DNA of 64,000 nt from Sporopachydermia quercuum (taxonomy: Eukaryota), in NCBI GenBank assembly GCA_001599295.1, contig BCGN01000004.1:1365676-1429675 (forward strand), given 5' to 3'. The position numbers were made by a program, and so were the translations under genes. Numbering within the stretch: position 1 is the first letter of the stretch; each line of letters opens with the position of its first letter. Of this stretch, positions 47,760 through 59,002 are shown piece by piece. The notes beneath the pieces are model-generated. The model was not told the DNA's origin. It made no database searches and saw nothing but the letters and a program-made list of their open reading frames with translations.

Positions 47760-49412
47760 TTATATCTTAGCACCAAGTTGAGCATTTACTCTCAAACTTT
47801 GTCTAATGGCTAAATCAAGCATAATCTCTTCAGATCCACCGGGGATAGCATAAGCCCTGACTTCTCTGTACAAACGTTCAACTTTACCACCTTGGCCACC
47901 TTTAGTATAACTGAGACCACCAAATATCTGACTGGCTTCTCTGGCACATAATTCAAATGTCTCAGTTGCCATAGCTTTACAACCAGCAATGGCACCACCC
48001 AAACGAAGAGAAGCTTCAGCGGCACCCATCTTTTGACACTGGAATAAAAGATTTTCTAACCAATGATGTGTGGATTCAACACGAATAGACATTTCAGCTA
48101 GCTTATTACGAATAACATCGTGCTGAATTAGTTTCTTACCAAATGTCTTTCTCTTGTGAGCATATTTCATAGATTCCTCTAGACAAACTCGGGCTAATCT
48201 GTTAGCTTGAATAATGATACCCAATCTCTCATGGTTGAAGTTGGACATGATAACTTTGAAACCAGCATTTTCTTTACCAAGAGTGTTTTCCACTGGAACT
48301 TTAACGTCTTCAAAAGTAACATAGGTAGTACCAGAAGGAATCATACCTTGACAAGACATAGCTCTAACGGAAACACCAGGCATGGTCTTCTCAATTAATA
48401 AAACTGAAATTCCTGCCATACCAGGCCCGCCAGTTCTAACTGCTACGGTAAAATAATCTGCGTAAATACCATTGGTGATCCATTTCTTTTCACCATTGAC
48501 AATATAATGTTTGCCATCTTCTGTTTTCTTTGCTTCAGTAGTCAAATTGGCTACATCGGAACCAGCATCAGGTTCAGTGATACACAAGCAAACTCTCTTA
48601 GTACCATCTAATAATCCTGGCAATACCCTTTGTTTAATAGATTCCTTAGCAAACTTCAAAATTGGTGGAGCACCAATGCCGTAACCGCCCAACAAGAACC
48701 AAATTACACCACCAGAACCACATCTAGAAATCTCATCTGTGATAATAAATTCATGGAAAATGTCCCATTGTTCAGCTGGGACAGATTTGGGACGAATGTT
48801 TGTGTACTTTGTAGGATAATCAACGCCCAAAGCACCTGCAAGGTAACCTCTTCTACCTGCTTCTAGATAAATTTCATCGGGGATTGCTTTAGCAGCTTCC
48901 CATTCATCTAAATAGGGTTCAATATTTTCATCAACCCAATCACGGACTTCTTTACGTAACGCAATATGAGTTTCATTATAGTAAGGTGTGTGCAATCCTT
49001 GATACCAATTGGGATCAGCAAAAGGGACTAAATCACCATAAACTGGGAACTGAGTTCTAGCATTAGATGCAGCTACTGATGTGCCTGCTGCTGCTGAAAC
49101 TGAAACGGTGCTAGGACTTTTCTTGGTTGAAGGAGCGGATGGAGCAGATGGCTGTTTAACTGGATTTGAAGACTGAGCACCAATAGTTCCAATTTGAAGC
49201 TTAGGACCATATTTCTTTAACACTTTCTGAACTTCGTGATATTTGGAAAATTGCTTCGTGGCATCTTTTCCAGCTACTCTTTGTAAGATTTTTTGTCCTC
49301 CTGGATGGGATTTTTGAAATTTCGTCACATCATAAACGTTGCCATTGATGATAATCCAAAGATCATCAGGCTTGTTGTGTTTCGAAACCTCTTCTAAACT
49401 AAATGTTGCCAT
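47760..49412 (-). CDS. Acyl-CoA dehydrogenase with N-terminal cytochrome b5 domain
   Basis: b5 domain (WIIINGNVYDV, HPGG); ACAD motifs CITEPDAGSDVA, NGEKKWITNG, QIFGG, IPGGSEEIM; C-terminal AKI (PTS1 variant). Confidence 0.93.
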   Translation of the reverse strand: MATFSLEEVSKHNKPDDLWIIINGNVYDVTKFQKSHPGGQKILQRVAGKDATKQFSKYHEVQKVLKKYGPKLQIGTIGAQSSNPVKQPSAPSAPSTKKSPSTVSVSAAAGTSVAASNARTQFPVYGDLVPFADPNWYQGLHTPYYNETHIALRKEVRDWVDENIEPYLDEWEAAKAIPDEIYLEAGRRGYLAGALGVDYPTKYTNIRPKSVPAEQWDIFHEFIITDEISRCGSGGVIWFLLGGYGIGAPPILKFAKESIKQRVLPGLLDGTKRVCLCITEPDAGSDVANLTTEAKKTEDGKHYIVNGEKKWITNGIYADYFTVAVRTGGPGMAGISVLLIEKTMPGVSVRAMSCQGMIPSGTTYVTFEDVKVPVENTLGKENAGFKVIMSNFNHERLGIIIQANRLARVCLEESMKYAHKRKTFGKKLIQHDVIRNKLAEMSIRVESTHHWLENLLFQCQKMGAAEASLRLGGAIAGCKAMATETFELCAREASQIFGGLSYTKGGQGGKVERLYREVRAYAIPGGSEEIMLDLAIRQSLRVNAQLGAKI

Positions 49413-50944
49413 ACTTGATCAATATATAAATGAAATGTACTTTTTGCTCTTTTGTCCGTTGGTTTTACTTATTTTTTGCTGTATCGATTATAAATAATGA
49501 TAAGCAAACAAATAGTGAATGAATATGCTTTCTACTGTGCTGTAGCACTCCCTTAACACTTGATACAACCAATGATACAGTGACTGAGTATCTTCAACAA
49601 TCAAACAGTAAATGACAGACCCTTTCGCGAATATCTTACAGCTAAAACAAAAGTTATTGTCGTCAATAACTTCTCATGGTACTAATAGTAATAACAGTAC
49701 TAGGAATTATAGTTCTCAACGGAGAGAACAGCTTCTATTTAAGAGATCCTGGATTGCGGAGAACATGGTGATTTATAAAATAAGGTTCTGAGCTAATTAA
49801 GGCTGAAAACTGGAGTAGACAAAGTTTGTTTCCATGTTGCGGGATGGTATACAAGTGGATAGAATAACGAGAATTCAATGAGAATGAACTGCTAACAGAG
49901 TCAAATTTCTTATTGAGAATAGAAATTGTTTTTACATATTTTAGTGAATTATTTTCATTAATTGATTTTCGTATACAGAAAGAATCTTATAGAATAGCAG
50001 TTGAAGCAGCGTGAGCAGCGTGAGCAGATATGTATAGGTTCCTGAAAGTAGTTAGTAATAGGATTAAAGGACTTGTGATAGGGTAGTTAGGGCAAATGAA
50101 CGTGATGAGAGCAATAGCGGTTAGAGGACAATAACAGCAGGCCATTTAACTGTGAAATATTGAGTAATCTTACTATAATAATTCAATAAAATGTAATATT
50201 TTATGACTATTTGAATAAATTTCCACTATCCCCTGTTCCTTTCGAACCAAGGAAGTGTGAATGGAAATGAATCATTCCTGCACCGAATAACTGCCGAGGT
50301 AAAATTAACTACCGATTGGTGAAAACCAGGTGAACAGCAAATAGAGTTTAGGTTATACGCAGCTTTTTGAAACTTAAAACTTAGGCGAAGAAACAAAGTT
50401 AATCTGGAGCAAAGCGATGGGGTGAGTTGTGAAAAATTGAATGATAGCTCTTAAGTACCAAACAAATATTCAGAAAAAACCAGTCATTCAGATGAAGAAT
50501 TCATGTTTAATCTATAATACTGTATGAGAATGCAAGAAACGATCGAATAAAAGGTGATAATCAATGAAAGATGTATTAGTTCCAAGAAACATTGCTGATT
50601 GGGTTAATATGGTCCAACTCTTTGGATAAGCTTAGAATGAAATATATAATAATGATTGAAATAGTATTTTGTTCACTCAACTGCTGTAGCAGAATGCTGT
50701 CTGGGGAATTAACGCTCCTGCCTGATAGGTATAGGGTTGTCAATGTAGCATGCAATCGAGTTTGTGCGAATAAAATAATCGGTAGTGTTTGACATTGTTA
50801 TAAAGATTACTATAAACATTTCTACGGTACTAGGTAGGGACCACCCATACTTTTCCCTGATCAAAACGTTTCTTCATTATTAGAAAATACCATCAACAAC
50901 AAAACAGCCCAAGAAGAAGGCAGAGAATTACAAAAACAAATTAT

Positions 50945-51040
50945 GGGCCGAGCAGGGAATTGAACCCTGGACCACTCGCAGTTAAGTTTGCTCAGCTGAC
51001 GCTACCCAAAGCGAGTATCATACTACTAGACCACACGGCC
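50945..51040 (-). tRNA. tRNA-Pro(UGG) with 24-nt intron (50981-51004); D loop has AG instead of GG
   Basis: GGCCGTG/CTCGGCC acceptor stem, CTCGC-TT-TGG-G^T-GCGAG anticodon arm, CAGGG-TTCAATT-CCCTG T arm, downstream T-run. Confidence 0.92.
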
Positions 51041-51301
51041 GGTTATAATTGTGTTACTGTCTGATCATACATCATTCAGTAAAATAAAATGAATTTTAAG
51101 AANAATTGAAGAATTGTATTAGAATTCTTACTCTTTTTCCTTCTTCTCCTTCTTCTTCTTATTAATCAGAAAGAGAAGAATGAGAGGTAAATAATCAGCG
51201 AAGTAAATAGTATATATATATAAAAGGTACAAATAGAAATATAGATAAATGTGAAATGCCAATTTATCACGTGAATGGTCACGTGGTTTACTAATAAGTA
51301 A

Positions 51302-51794
51302 TGTAGCTGGTTGTTACATAATGTTTGTAAGACAATTGACCCGATAACCCCCTCCTACTATGGGACTCTTGTAGATTCGTCCTATTTATTAGTGATTATA
51401 TGTCGTTTTCTCTTAAACTTCCATTGGTTATTATATAGTAATCTAGTTGTATATAAGAAGAATAATAAAGAATGATGAACATCAGGATATCAGCTTTATT
51501 TATAATCGTAGAATAATGTACCATGTAGTACTTAGTAGTTTTTGTTGAGATTTTTGCATGTGAAAGCCCTTCCATACGTTTTGAAAAATGACTACTCAAT
51601 ACTGGCAAGGTCTCAATGAGTCATCGCTATTCAAATTACATACATCTTCCAAGCTGATTCTTTGAAGATCAAAGAAAACTTTCATTTCTGAAAGCTAGCT
51701 CTCAGAACCTTTCTTCCGATATTATTCATAGTTCAGAGTTGTTGTGGAATTTCATCGATGAAAACTCACGTAATCAGATTCACTCAACGTAACA
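51302..51794. mobile_element. Candidate solo LTR
   Basis: 493 bp bounded by TGT...ACA and flanked by a direct repeat AGTAA (51297-51301, 51795-51799). Internal TATATAAG followed by AATAAA. Lies upstream of two divergent tRNA genes. No second copy in the window. Confidence 0.25.
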
Positions 51795-52431
51795 AGTAAT
51801 TTTAAGTAGCAAGCTAAAGGAATGATGAGCCTGAACAATTATCTCTCTTGGATTGAATAAGAAAGAAGAGAACTCTCGGAGCTCAGTGTATGTGATATTC
51901 TATTTGTTCTTAAAACACCTTTGATAGACAAGAAACTGAATCGCAGTGAGTCACTAGTTTCATTTTCCGTCCAATACTAGGAGAAAAGATTCAATTCAGC
52001 CTACTTTAGATTGAAATATGTATTTAATAATTGATTAGCTGGACTAATCTCTTTTCTATAATCTGAAAAGAATTAATACTTTAATTTTAGCTTTCACCCG
52101 TTGATATTTGTTAGAATATGCTTTGTGTTGGGATTCTCTGTTTTCTGTCCCTAAATATTTCTTTTACATATGATAACCAAAATACGTATCAACGTGAAAT
52201 TCTCATATTGACCATAGTTATGAAACGTCTTTTCTGATTCTCTCAGATAATAGATCAAGAAACGTGATTCACCAATCAGTCAAGCTCCAATAAAAAAGAA
52301 CAATTTACTTAAGAGGTCCGCTAACATTAGATGGTTAATGTCAAAGCTCAACAGTAATACCACTCAAATCAGAAAAACCAACAATCTAAATGGAGTATTA
52401 TATAATCAGTCTAATTTTTCTGTGTACGTAT

Positions 52432-52517
52432 CTCCCGATGGCCCAGTTGGCTAAGGCGCGAGACTGTAATGGTTCATTGTTATCTTGAGATCGGGTGTTC
52501 GATTCACCCTCGGGAGA
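52432..52517 (+). tRNA. tRNA-Tyr(GUA) with 12-nt intron (52470-52481)
   Basis: CTCCCGA/TCGGGAG acceptor stem (C1-G72, A73), CGAGA-CT-GTA-A^A-TCTTG anticodon arm, GGGTG-TTCGATT-CACCC T arm, T7 terminator. Confidence 0.97.
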
Positions 52518-52836
52518 TATTTTTTTCTTCAGTTTTTTCTCTTTGGTTGTTTTATCTTCATTTTTATTTTTGGATGCCATTTCTATTTATAATTTGTATG
52601 ATCCACTACTTTTTCTTTTTCTTTTATAAGTGATTCAATATTTTTACATTGAGATCATATAATTATTATTCATAACCATGAAATAAAAGAACATACATGT
52701 TATGTACATATAGTATACCTTCTTACATTTGGGCTCTCTCGATAGACTTAATCGTAATTCACATGGCTAGTAGTGCTTTCACGACAAAATCTAGATGCAC
52801 GTACTTTTGCATGGTTTGTCCGATCACAGATTCATT

Positions 52837-55800
52837 TTACTCTGGTTGTTTCTTATCTTCTCCTTTGCGAAAAAGACTCAATCTTCGAAATTTCAAGGAA
52901 TGGTCACTAACATTAAGTGGGGTAATTTCATCAGCTTCATCTCCAGTTGAACCGCCAAGATTGCTAACCCTCTTGCTAAGTGAAAGACCACGAAAACTTT
53001 TACCTATTCTCTTGCTTTTAGACCCCTTATTTACAGAGGATACTGATTCAGTATCAGATGTGTCTTCTATAGATGAATAATGGTTTAATTGATGAACAGC
53101 AAAGTCTTCATCATTAGTTATGTCATTATCATCTAGAAATTCATTCTCTTCACTTTCCACTAACGCTGAGTCCAAATGGTTTTTGGTTTGCGTAAATACA
53201 TCAGTTTTCGCAGCGGTAGTAGATGCCACACTATTTTCATTGTCATCAGAACCATGCTTATTCTCACCATTCATTCCAAATATTCTCATAGAACCTTTCA
53301 TAGGACTATTAAAATAATTCTTCATCTTGGATGACTTCTTCGTAGATGATACTTCTCCTGTAGTATTGTCACGATAACCTGGTGAAGCTTTTACAGGAGA
53401 TAATGCCTTTGGTGTTTTTGCTGTAAGCTCGCCGGCTTGCTTTTCTTTCTTTATAAACTTCTTACTAGGTTTCTTCACTATGCCTTGTTTACCATCAGAT
53501 TGTCCACCAATGGTATCACTGGTACCTGAAATCTCATTATCTTCAGTTTCCAGTTTTTCTTTCTTTCTTGACAATAACTTCCAACTTGAGAACATACCCA
53601 TTGATTGAGACTCTAACTCTGATTTCAATGAGTCAGATACATCACTTAATTTAGATATTGATACATCGTTGCCAGAGTTATTTGTAACTTCATCTGAATG
53701 CATAAATGACATATCAAAATCACTAGGTGAAATAGAGTTCCCGCCATATGAAGATCCTTGCGTAAACGAAGTATTTGTACCACCTGCACTTAGGGAAGTT
53801 ACGCCTGATGTACTTCTTACATGATACGATGTACCAGATTGTAGTGGGGACACAGTAAGATTGCTGTTTGGATTGAGTCGTGAGGCGAGTTCAAAATTTT
53901 GATTTGGTACTCCATTGTTCACTCCTGATAGCAAGTTACCATGATTAGTTAGCTTATCTTTCTCGTCATCTCTCATTTTCCATACATCATTTCCCAAAAG
54001 TGAATTTCCACTGATAACAGAACTATAGCTTTCGCTTCGTTGTCTATTTCTGCGCGTTTCCTTTAATGTCATTGCTAAAGATTTTTCATTTTCATGTTTA
54101 TTTTTTCCGAAGGCAAACGCTGACATTAAGCTAGTGTCATTATCCGTAGTTCCTGATTGCTTTTTGAAGAGCTTGGAACTAAATTTCGAGTTCAAAACGG
54201 CACTCTGAACATTCTGAGTTGCTGGAGCTGAAATAGCATTACGGTTATTGTTGCCTTGTTCTTCATTTTTATTATTGGACTTTCTGGAAAAGAAATCGAA
54301 AAATTTCTTAGGAGATGTTAAATGATTCTCATGTTCTGGGCCTTGTTCTTGAGACTCAATTGGAAATTCCATTAAGTTATTCACGTTAGAAAGACTACCA
54401 TCGTTGAAGTGGGACGGCACTTTTCGGGGGGAAACATACTTATTTTTATTCACATCATCATGGATACCAATCATTCTTTGCTTTTCTTCCGCTAACCTCA
54501 CTTCTTGTAAAGTAGGTGAAAGACTACTGTTACTGAACGATGATGCATGTGTTTTGAAAGGATCAAATTCTGGTTTGTTGGTTGATGCTAATGGAATGGG
54601 TGCTAGATACTCAGCACTAATTCGAGACGTTGAATAATCGACGGAATTACTTTTCTTTCCGGGAGCTGATAAACCTGTAGTACCTGAGAAAGCCGGGGAA
54701 CTTTCAGCCATGCTGTTTCCCACCATGTTGAACAAAATGGAGTTCGTTTGACCTGAGTTAATAGGCGAGATTGAAAAGTAGCCTGAATCTCTTGATGTGT
54801 CAGCACTTAAAACATCATCTGCATTGCCTTTGAAACCGCCGGAAGAGTCTATACCACGAGATGACGATTGGTTGAAGAGATACGATAACGGTAGACTGTG
54901 ATAATCAGCGTTGCTTCTCTCTGCTGAAGAGTCTAATGAGCTTATTCCCATGTTTGAGTGCAGAGCAGAATTTGAACCACCCATGTCCTCATTTTTACCC
55001 CACAAGGAGCTCTGGTATGATGTCTGAGGAGAAAATGAACCATCCAATACATTGGAAGGAAGCTGATTATCTAATTGATTCACGTTGGCTATATTCGAGT
55101 ATCCTGAGGCTGCAATATTGGAAAACGAAGGGTTTAGAAGGTGTGATTGGTTGTTCTGTAAAGATGGGCCTTCATTAGGACTTCTTGATCCCATTGGCAT
55201 ATCAAGTGACACTTGCAATAGATTGTCATCCGGGGATAAATCCAATAGGGTTGAATGATTAGATTGAAAAAACCCAGAAGTATGATCCATCTCAACACTA
55301 CTTCTAGTAGGCGGCTGTTCTATATGTGTTCCATCAAGATCAATAATCGGACCAGATCCAGTTAACTGACCCCAAGGATTCGCTGGCGCCGAGGAGTTTC
55401 TCATTGGTTGATGGATTGGTCTGGAAGTAGAAGGTGCGCCAGTGACAGTAGCATACATGTTCATAGAGGGCGTTGGTGCCGATAGTAATTCGGAAGAACC
55501 AGCACTACCTATAATTCCTGGCATAATTAATCTATTGGAAGAAGTTGAGGATGTCATAGGTTGACCAGCGTGCTTCAACGATCCAGCTGGAGATCCTGTT
55601 GAATGGTTCAATTGACGATCACCTGGCAATGCATCTTCACTTCTGCGAGAACTGAGTTTATGTTCTACATTGCCCAACGCCCTATCAACTAGATGAGAGA
55701 CATTTGTTTTGATGTTTTCATAGTCTTCATCAGCATGCTTTTCTTGTTCTTCGGCTTCCTTTAACGCTTGATCAAGCTTCTGAAACTTCTGTGTAAATAT

Positions 55801-57372
55801 TGTATTAAGGATGAAGTCTTTTTCAATTTCATTCAAGATCTTGCTTTTCCATTCCATTGAAAACACCGAGTAGTTACAACTTTCAATGTCATGTCTGAAC
55901 TCTGCAATCTTTTCTTCTGAATGATCAGCTGATATCTTCTTGATATGCTCATTCAGAATAACGGATTGTTTCCTTATCATCTCATTTTTCTTTCTCAAAG
56001 AATTCAAATCTTTTGAGCGAGTTTCTATTTGCCCAAGTTCTATTCTTGTTTTTTCAAGATAAGATTTAAGTTGTTCAACATGAGTTAATAGATTGCGTTT
56101 TTGTTCAGAGGAATTTTCTTTCATGGAATGAATACCATTTTCTAACTCTTCGTGCTTCTTTACAGAAGAGTCATATTCAGTATTTAGCTTTTCTAGTTCT
56201 CCTTCTAACCGCTTTACTTCTTCTTTTGCCATAATCAATTTAATGTTGGAGCTTCTCTGACTTTCCTTCAGAACACTGGTTTTCTTATTGACATTATTGG
56301 TGGTGGAATTTTTCATTCTATCACGTAATATCTTTTTTGCTTTTTGTAGTGGTGTTATAGTGCAATAGGATTCTATTTCTTCTGCTATTATGGCGTTCTT
56401 AACTTCTTGAAGCATGATATGCTTTTGGGTCAATGATTGCAGAGAAGTTTTGATACTGGACTTTTTTTCTCTTTGATCGATGTCTTCCGTTCTATTGCTA
56501 TCATTTTGAATAGCGCTACTACTTGAAGTAATTCCTTTTGGTGCTGATGATGGAGAACTCTTATGTGTACTGGACATGTTATGCGAGGATTGGTCTTTTC
56601 TCGGTGTTGAAACAGAAAAAGATAGTGAAGCAGAAGAAGATGACCTCATACTATTGATTATAGACGAGCCTGAATCAATGATCTTTTGAACTAGTTCTTC
56701 TTGCTCTGAAGTGGTGGATTGTTTCGTGCTCAGTAAATAGGAATTTAAAGGTTCAACTTCAGAGAACAAACATTTAGTATGAACCACGGGATTCAAATCC
56801 GTCAACGCGGAAAGAACACTCTCTCCATCTTCGCCTACGAATGATTCCATCAGCTTTCTGGTGGTACTAGCATCTTGAGCTGAAGATAGTGCTGTTTTCA
56901 AAACGTTGAGATGAGAATTTGAAGTCTTGATATTAATGCTACTGGGTTTCGACTGGAAATTTGTATGCGAGATAACAACAACATCAATTCTATACCATGT
57001 ATCTCCTTTCAGGTTATCAATAGTAACCTTTGATTCGTTTGCCGAAAGTCTAGCAACACCAAACCCGTTTAGAAACACGTCTGTCTTGAATATTAGCTTC
57101 TCATTCCCATTCCATTTCCAACTTATGCTAACCGAATTTGCAGTTAAGTCTTCTACAATGACCTTAGGAGCTTCTGGAATACTAATACCTAATTTTGACT
57201 CTAATGATACTTTGGACTCTGTTGACACTATTTTCAATCTTTGCCTTGCCCAAAATATAACCATGGTATATACGACTCCTAGAAATAGGTAAAGAAATAT
57301 CGTTTCAGCAGCATCCTCCTGTTTACTGCTTCGCTTCAGTATCGAGTCAAACAGATTATAACGCTCCTCCAT
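52837..57372 (-). CDS. Membrane-anchored fibronectin type III / coiled-coil protein (YEL043W/Gta1, AcrB-like)
   Basis: N-terminal TM (IFLYLFLGVVYTMVIFW), LGISIPEAPKVIVEDLTANSVSISW FN3 domain, central coiled coil, long Ser/Asn-rich tail; divergent from GLY1. Confidence 0.75.
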   Translation of the reverse strand: MEERYNLFDSILKRSSKQEDAAETIFLYLFLGVVYTMVIFWARQRLKIVSTESKVSLESKLGISIPEAPKVIVEDLTANSVSISWKWNGNEKLIFKTDVFLNGFGVARLSANESKVTIDNLKGDTWYRIDVVVISHTNFQSKPSSINIKTSNSHLNVLKTALSSAQDASTTRKLMESFVGEDGESVLSALTDLNPVVHTKCLFSEVEPLNSYLLSTKQSTTSEQEELVQKIIDSGSSIINSMRSSSSASLSFSVSTPRKDQSSHNMSSTHKSSPSSAPKGITSSSSAIQNDSNRTEDIDQREKKSSIKTSLQSLTQKHIMLQEVKNAIIAEEIESYCTITPLQKAKKILRDRMKNSTTNNVNKKTSVLKESQRSSNIKLIMAKEEVKRLEGELEKLNTEYDSSVKKHEELENGIHSMKENSSEQKRNLLTHVEQLKSYLEKTRIELGQIETRSKDLNSLRKKNEMIRKQSVILNEHIKKISADHSEEKIAEFRHDIESCNYSVFSMEWKSKILNEIEKDFILNTIFTQKFQKLDQALKEAEEQEKHADEDYENIKTNVSHLVDRALGNVEHKLSSRRSEDALPGDRQLNHSTGSPAGSLKHAGQPMTSSTSSNRLIMPGIIGSAGSSELLSAPTPSMNMYATVTGAPSTSRPIHQPMRNSSAPANPWGQLTGSGPIIDLDGTHIEQPPTRSSVEMDHTSGFFQSNHSTLLDLSPDDNLLQVSLDMPMGSRSPNEGPSLQNNQSHLLNPSFSNIAASGYSNIANVNQLDNQLPSNVLDGSFSPQTSYQSSLWGKNEDMGGSNSALHSNMGISSLDSSAERSNADYHSLPLSYLFNQSSSRGIDSSGGFKGNADDVLSADTSRDSGYFSISPINSGQTNSILFNMVGNSMAESSPAFSGTTGLSAPGKKSNSVDYSTSRISAEYLAPIPLASTNKPEFDPFKTHASSFSNSSLSPTLQEVRLAEEKQRMIGIHDDVNKNKYVSPRKVPSHFNDGSLSNVNNLMEFPIESQEQGPEHENHLTSPKKFFDFFSRKSNNKNEEQGNNNRNAISAPATQNVQSAVLNSKFSSKLFKKQSGTTDNDTSLMSAFAFGKNKHENEKSLAMTLKETRRNRQRSESYSSVISGNSLLGNDVWKMRDDEKDKLTNHGNLLSGVNNGVPNQNFELASRLNPNSNLTVSPLQSGTSYHVRSTSGVTSLSAGGTNTSFTQGSSYGGNSISPSDFDMSFMHSDEVTNNSGNDVSISKLSDVSDSLKSELESQSMGMFSSWKLLSRKKEKLETEDNEISGTSDTIGGQSDGKQGIVKKPSKKFIKKEKQAGELTAKTPKALSPVKASPGYRDNTTGEVSSTKKSSKMKNYFNSPMKGSMRIFGMNGENKHGSDDNENSVASTTAAKTDVFTQTKNHLDSALVESEENEFLDDNDITNDEDFAVHQLNHYSSIEDTSDTESVSSVNKGSKSKRIGKSFRGLSLSKRVSNLGGSTGDEADEITPLNVSDHSLKFRRLSLFRKGEDKKQPE

Positions 57373-58142
57373 TATGTATCACTATGGTATGTAGTTCCAT
57401 TTGTATCAATCTCTTTTCAGCGCCAATTCTCTTATAGCAAGAATAATTTTCAGTTACAGCAACCTTTTCCTTTTATCGACGACATTCATTATCGTGAAAT
57501 AATACAATTTAACTATATGGTCAAACACTATACGCTGATAATTCTCCTTACAATGAACAAGGAAGAANGTAAGAAAAAGTATACGCTCAGTCACTCATTG
57601 TTCGTTGATAAGTATCACTCACTACAAATGTAAATGATTTGTTTATACACCACAGAAGTGCATTATAAATCACCACAAACAACAAGCAGGAACGAAAAAA
57701 TTGATGGAGATGATGAGACTGGGATAACGCGAGGGGACTTCTCGAGAGCTCTATCTTAAAGTTTTTCTTCCTTTTCCATCATTTTTGATGAGATAAACTT
57801 CCTTCCATAATTTCGTATTTTCGAATATTTCAGTTGTGCCAATGCTATAAATAGGTTGATATTATTTTGCAACGAAGCTTGATCTATACAAATACATAGA
57901 AGACAGATAAATACTATAATGAGGAGANTTGGTTTTCTTTTTTATAAGCTATGTATATTAAGATAGTCTCTTGTAGATATTGAACTACTGTTGATTCATT
58001 CTTGCATATCCGAACCATTAATATGTTTTCCCTTAATTTACATTTGTAATGGTATCTTCACCATTTGCATTACCGAGGATAAGATCTGATGAAGTATGAA
58101 AACTTCAGCAAATATTTGAATAACTGATGTATACATATGATA

Positions 58143-58151
58143 ATGACTCAT
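58143..58151. promoter_or_regulatory. Gcn4/AP-1 site upstream of GLY1
   Basis: Perfect ATGACTCAT about 850 bp upstream of an amino-acid metabolism gene. Confidence 0.55.
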
Positions 58152-58680
58152 TTCTTCGACGATATCTTTCATCAAATGAATCTAGCATATTGCGATGCAT
58201 CACCATGCATTGGGCTGCGAATCCATACATGGTTTATACTGAAAAATTCTTAATTTTTATGTGTGAGTATGCAGCCATTTAAAATCTCACTTGAGTTCTG
58301 TTCCAACGATATCTTGCCGGAATAACCAGTGATACATTCCAAACCATTTTGAACTTTATTTGTATGGGTAAATAATGATCAATCCATCCTACTTCTGACA
58401 TTGTGAGCGGGTATATCACAAACTACTCTATTGGGCAATTTTTGACAATGACACATTTTGCAATTCCAAATAAAGCGAAACATTATAAATATTGTTCAAT
58501 TGATGGAATATCTCCTTTATTTAACCAGGGCCTTTTGAGGCCAAAAAAAAATCTATCAAATCGCTATCTTATTTCTGAAGAAGCTATTTCTAATAGACTT
58601 ACTGCCATTGAAAGTACTGGAATTCACTCAAGCTGACAGTCATCATAGCATTTTGTGTCAATTCTTCAGTGCGCTGTATT

Positions 58681-58828
58681 GTATGTATTCTTTGCTGTTA
58701 TCTATGTGAAACTGATACTGTGGAGAGTTTTTGACAATTGATTATCAATTCTCGTTGAATACATTTAGCTTGCTACTCAAGTAAAAAGGAAATGTTATAG
58801 TAATACTAACGGAAAACCCATATTCTAG
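58681..58828 (+). other. Probable 5'-UTR intron of GLY1
   Basis: GTATGT at 58681, TACTAAC at 58804-58810, TAG at 58826-58828. The GLY1 frame starts with TGA right after the acceptor, so the upstream exon is non-coding. Confidence 0.65.
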
Positions 58829-59002
58829 TGATCTTGAAGAATAATCAAAAGGATTTTGCTATGACAATCNTATACAATTGGTAATCAATATCAACACCTA
58901 AATTCATTTTTCAGAAAGCCATAGGAAATTTTGTTCATTGTTACCAAACACTAAGAATTAGAACCATTAGATTGTCGCTGTATTTCTCCATTAACAAGCA
59001 AG

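Noticed and set aside
51822..51939. C/D box snoRNA (ATGATGA...CTGA)
   Set aside because: No terminal stem, and the putative guide matches rRNA only poorly.
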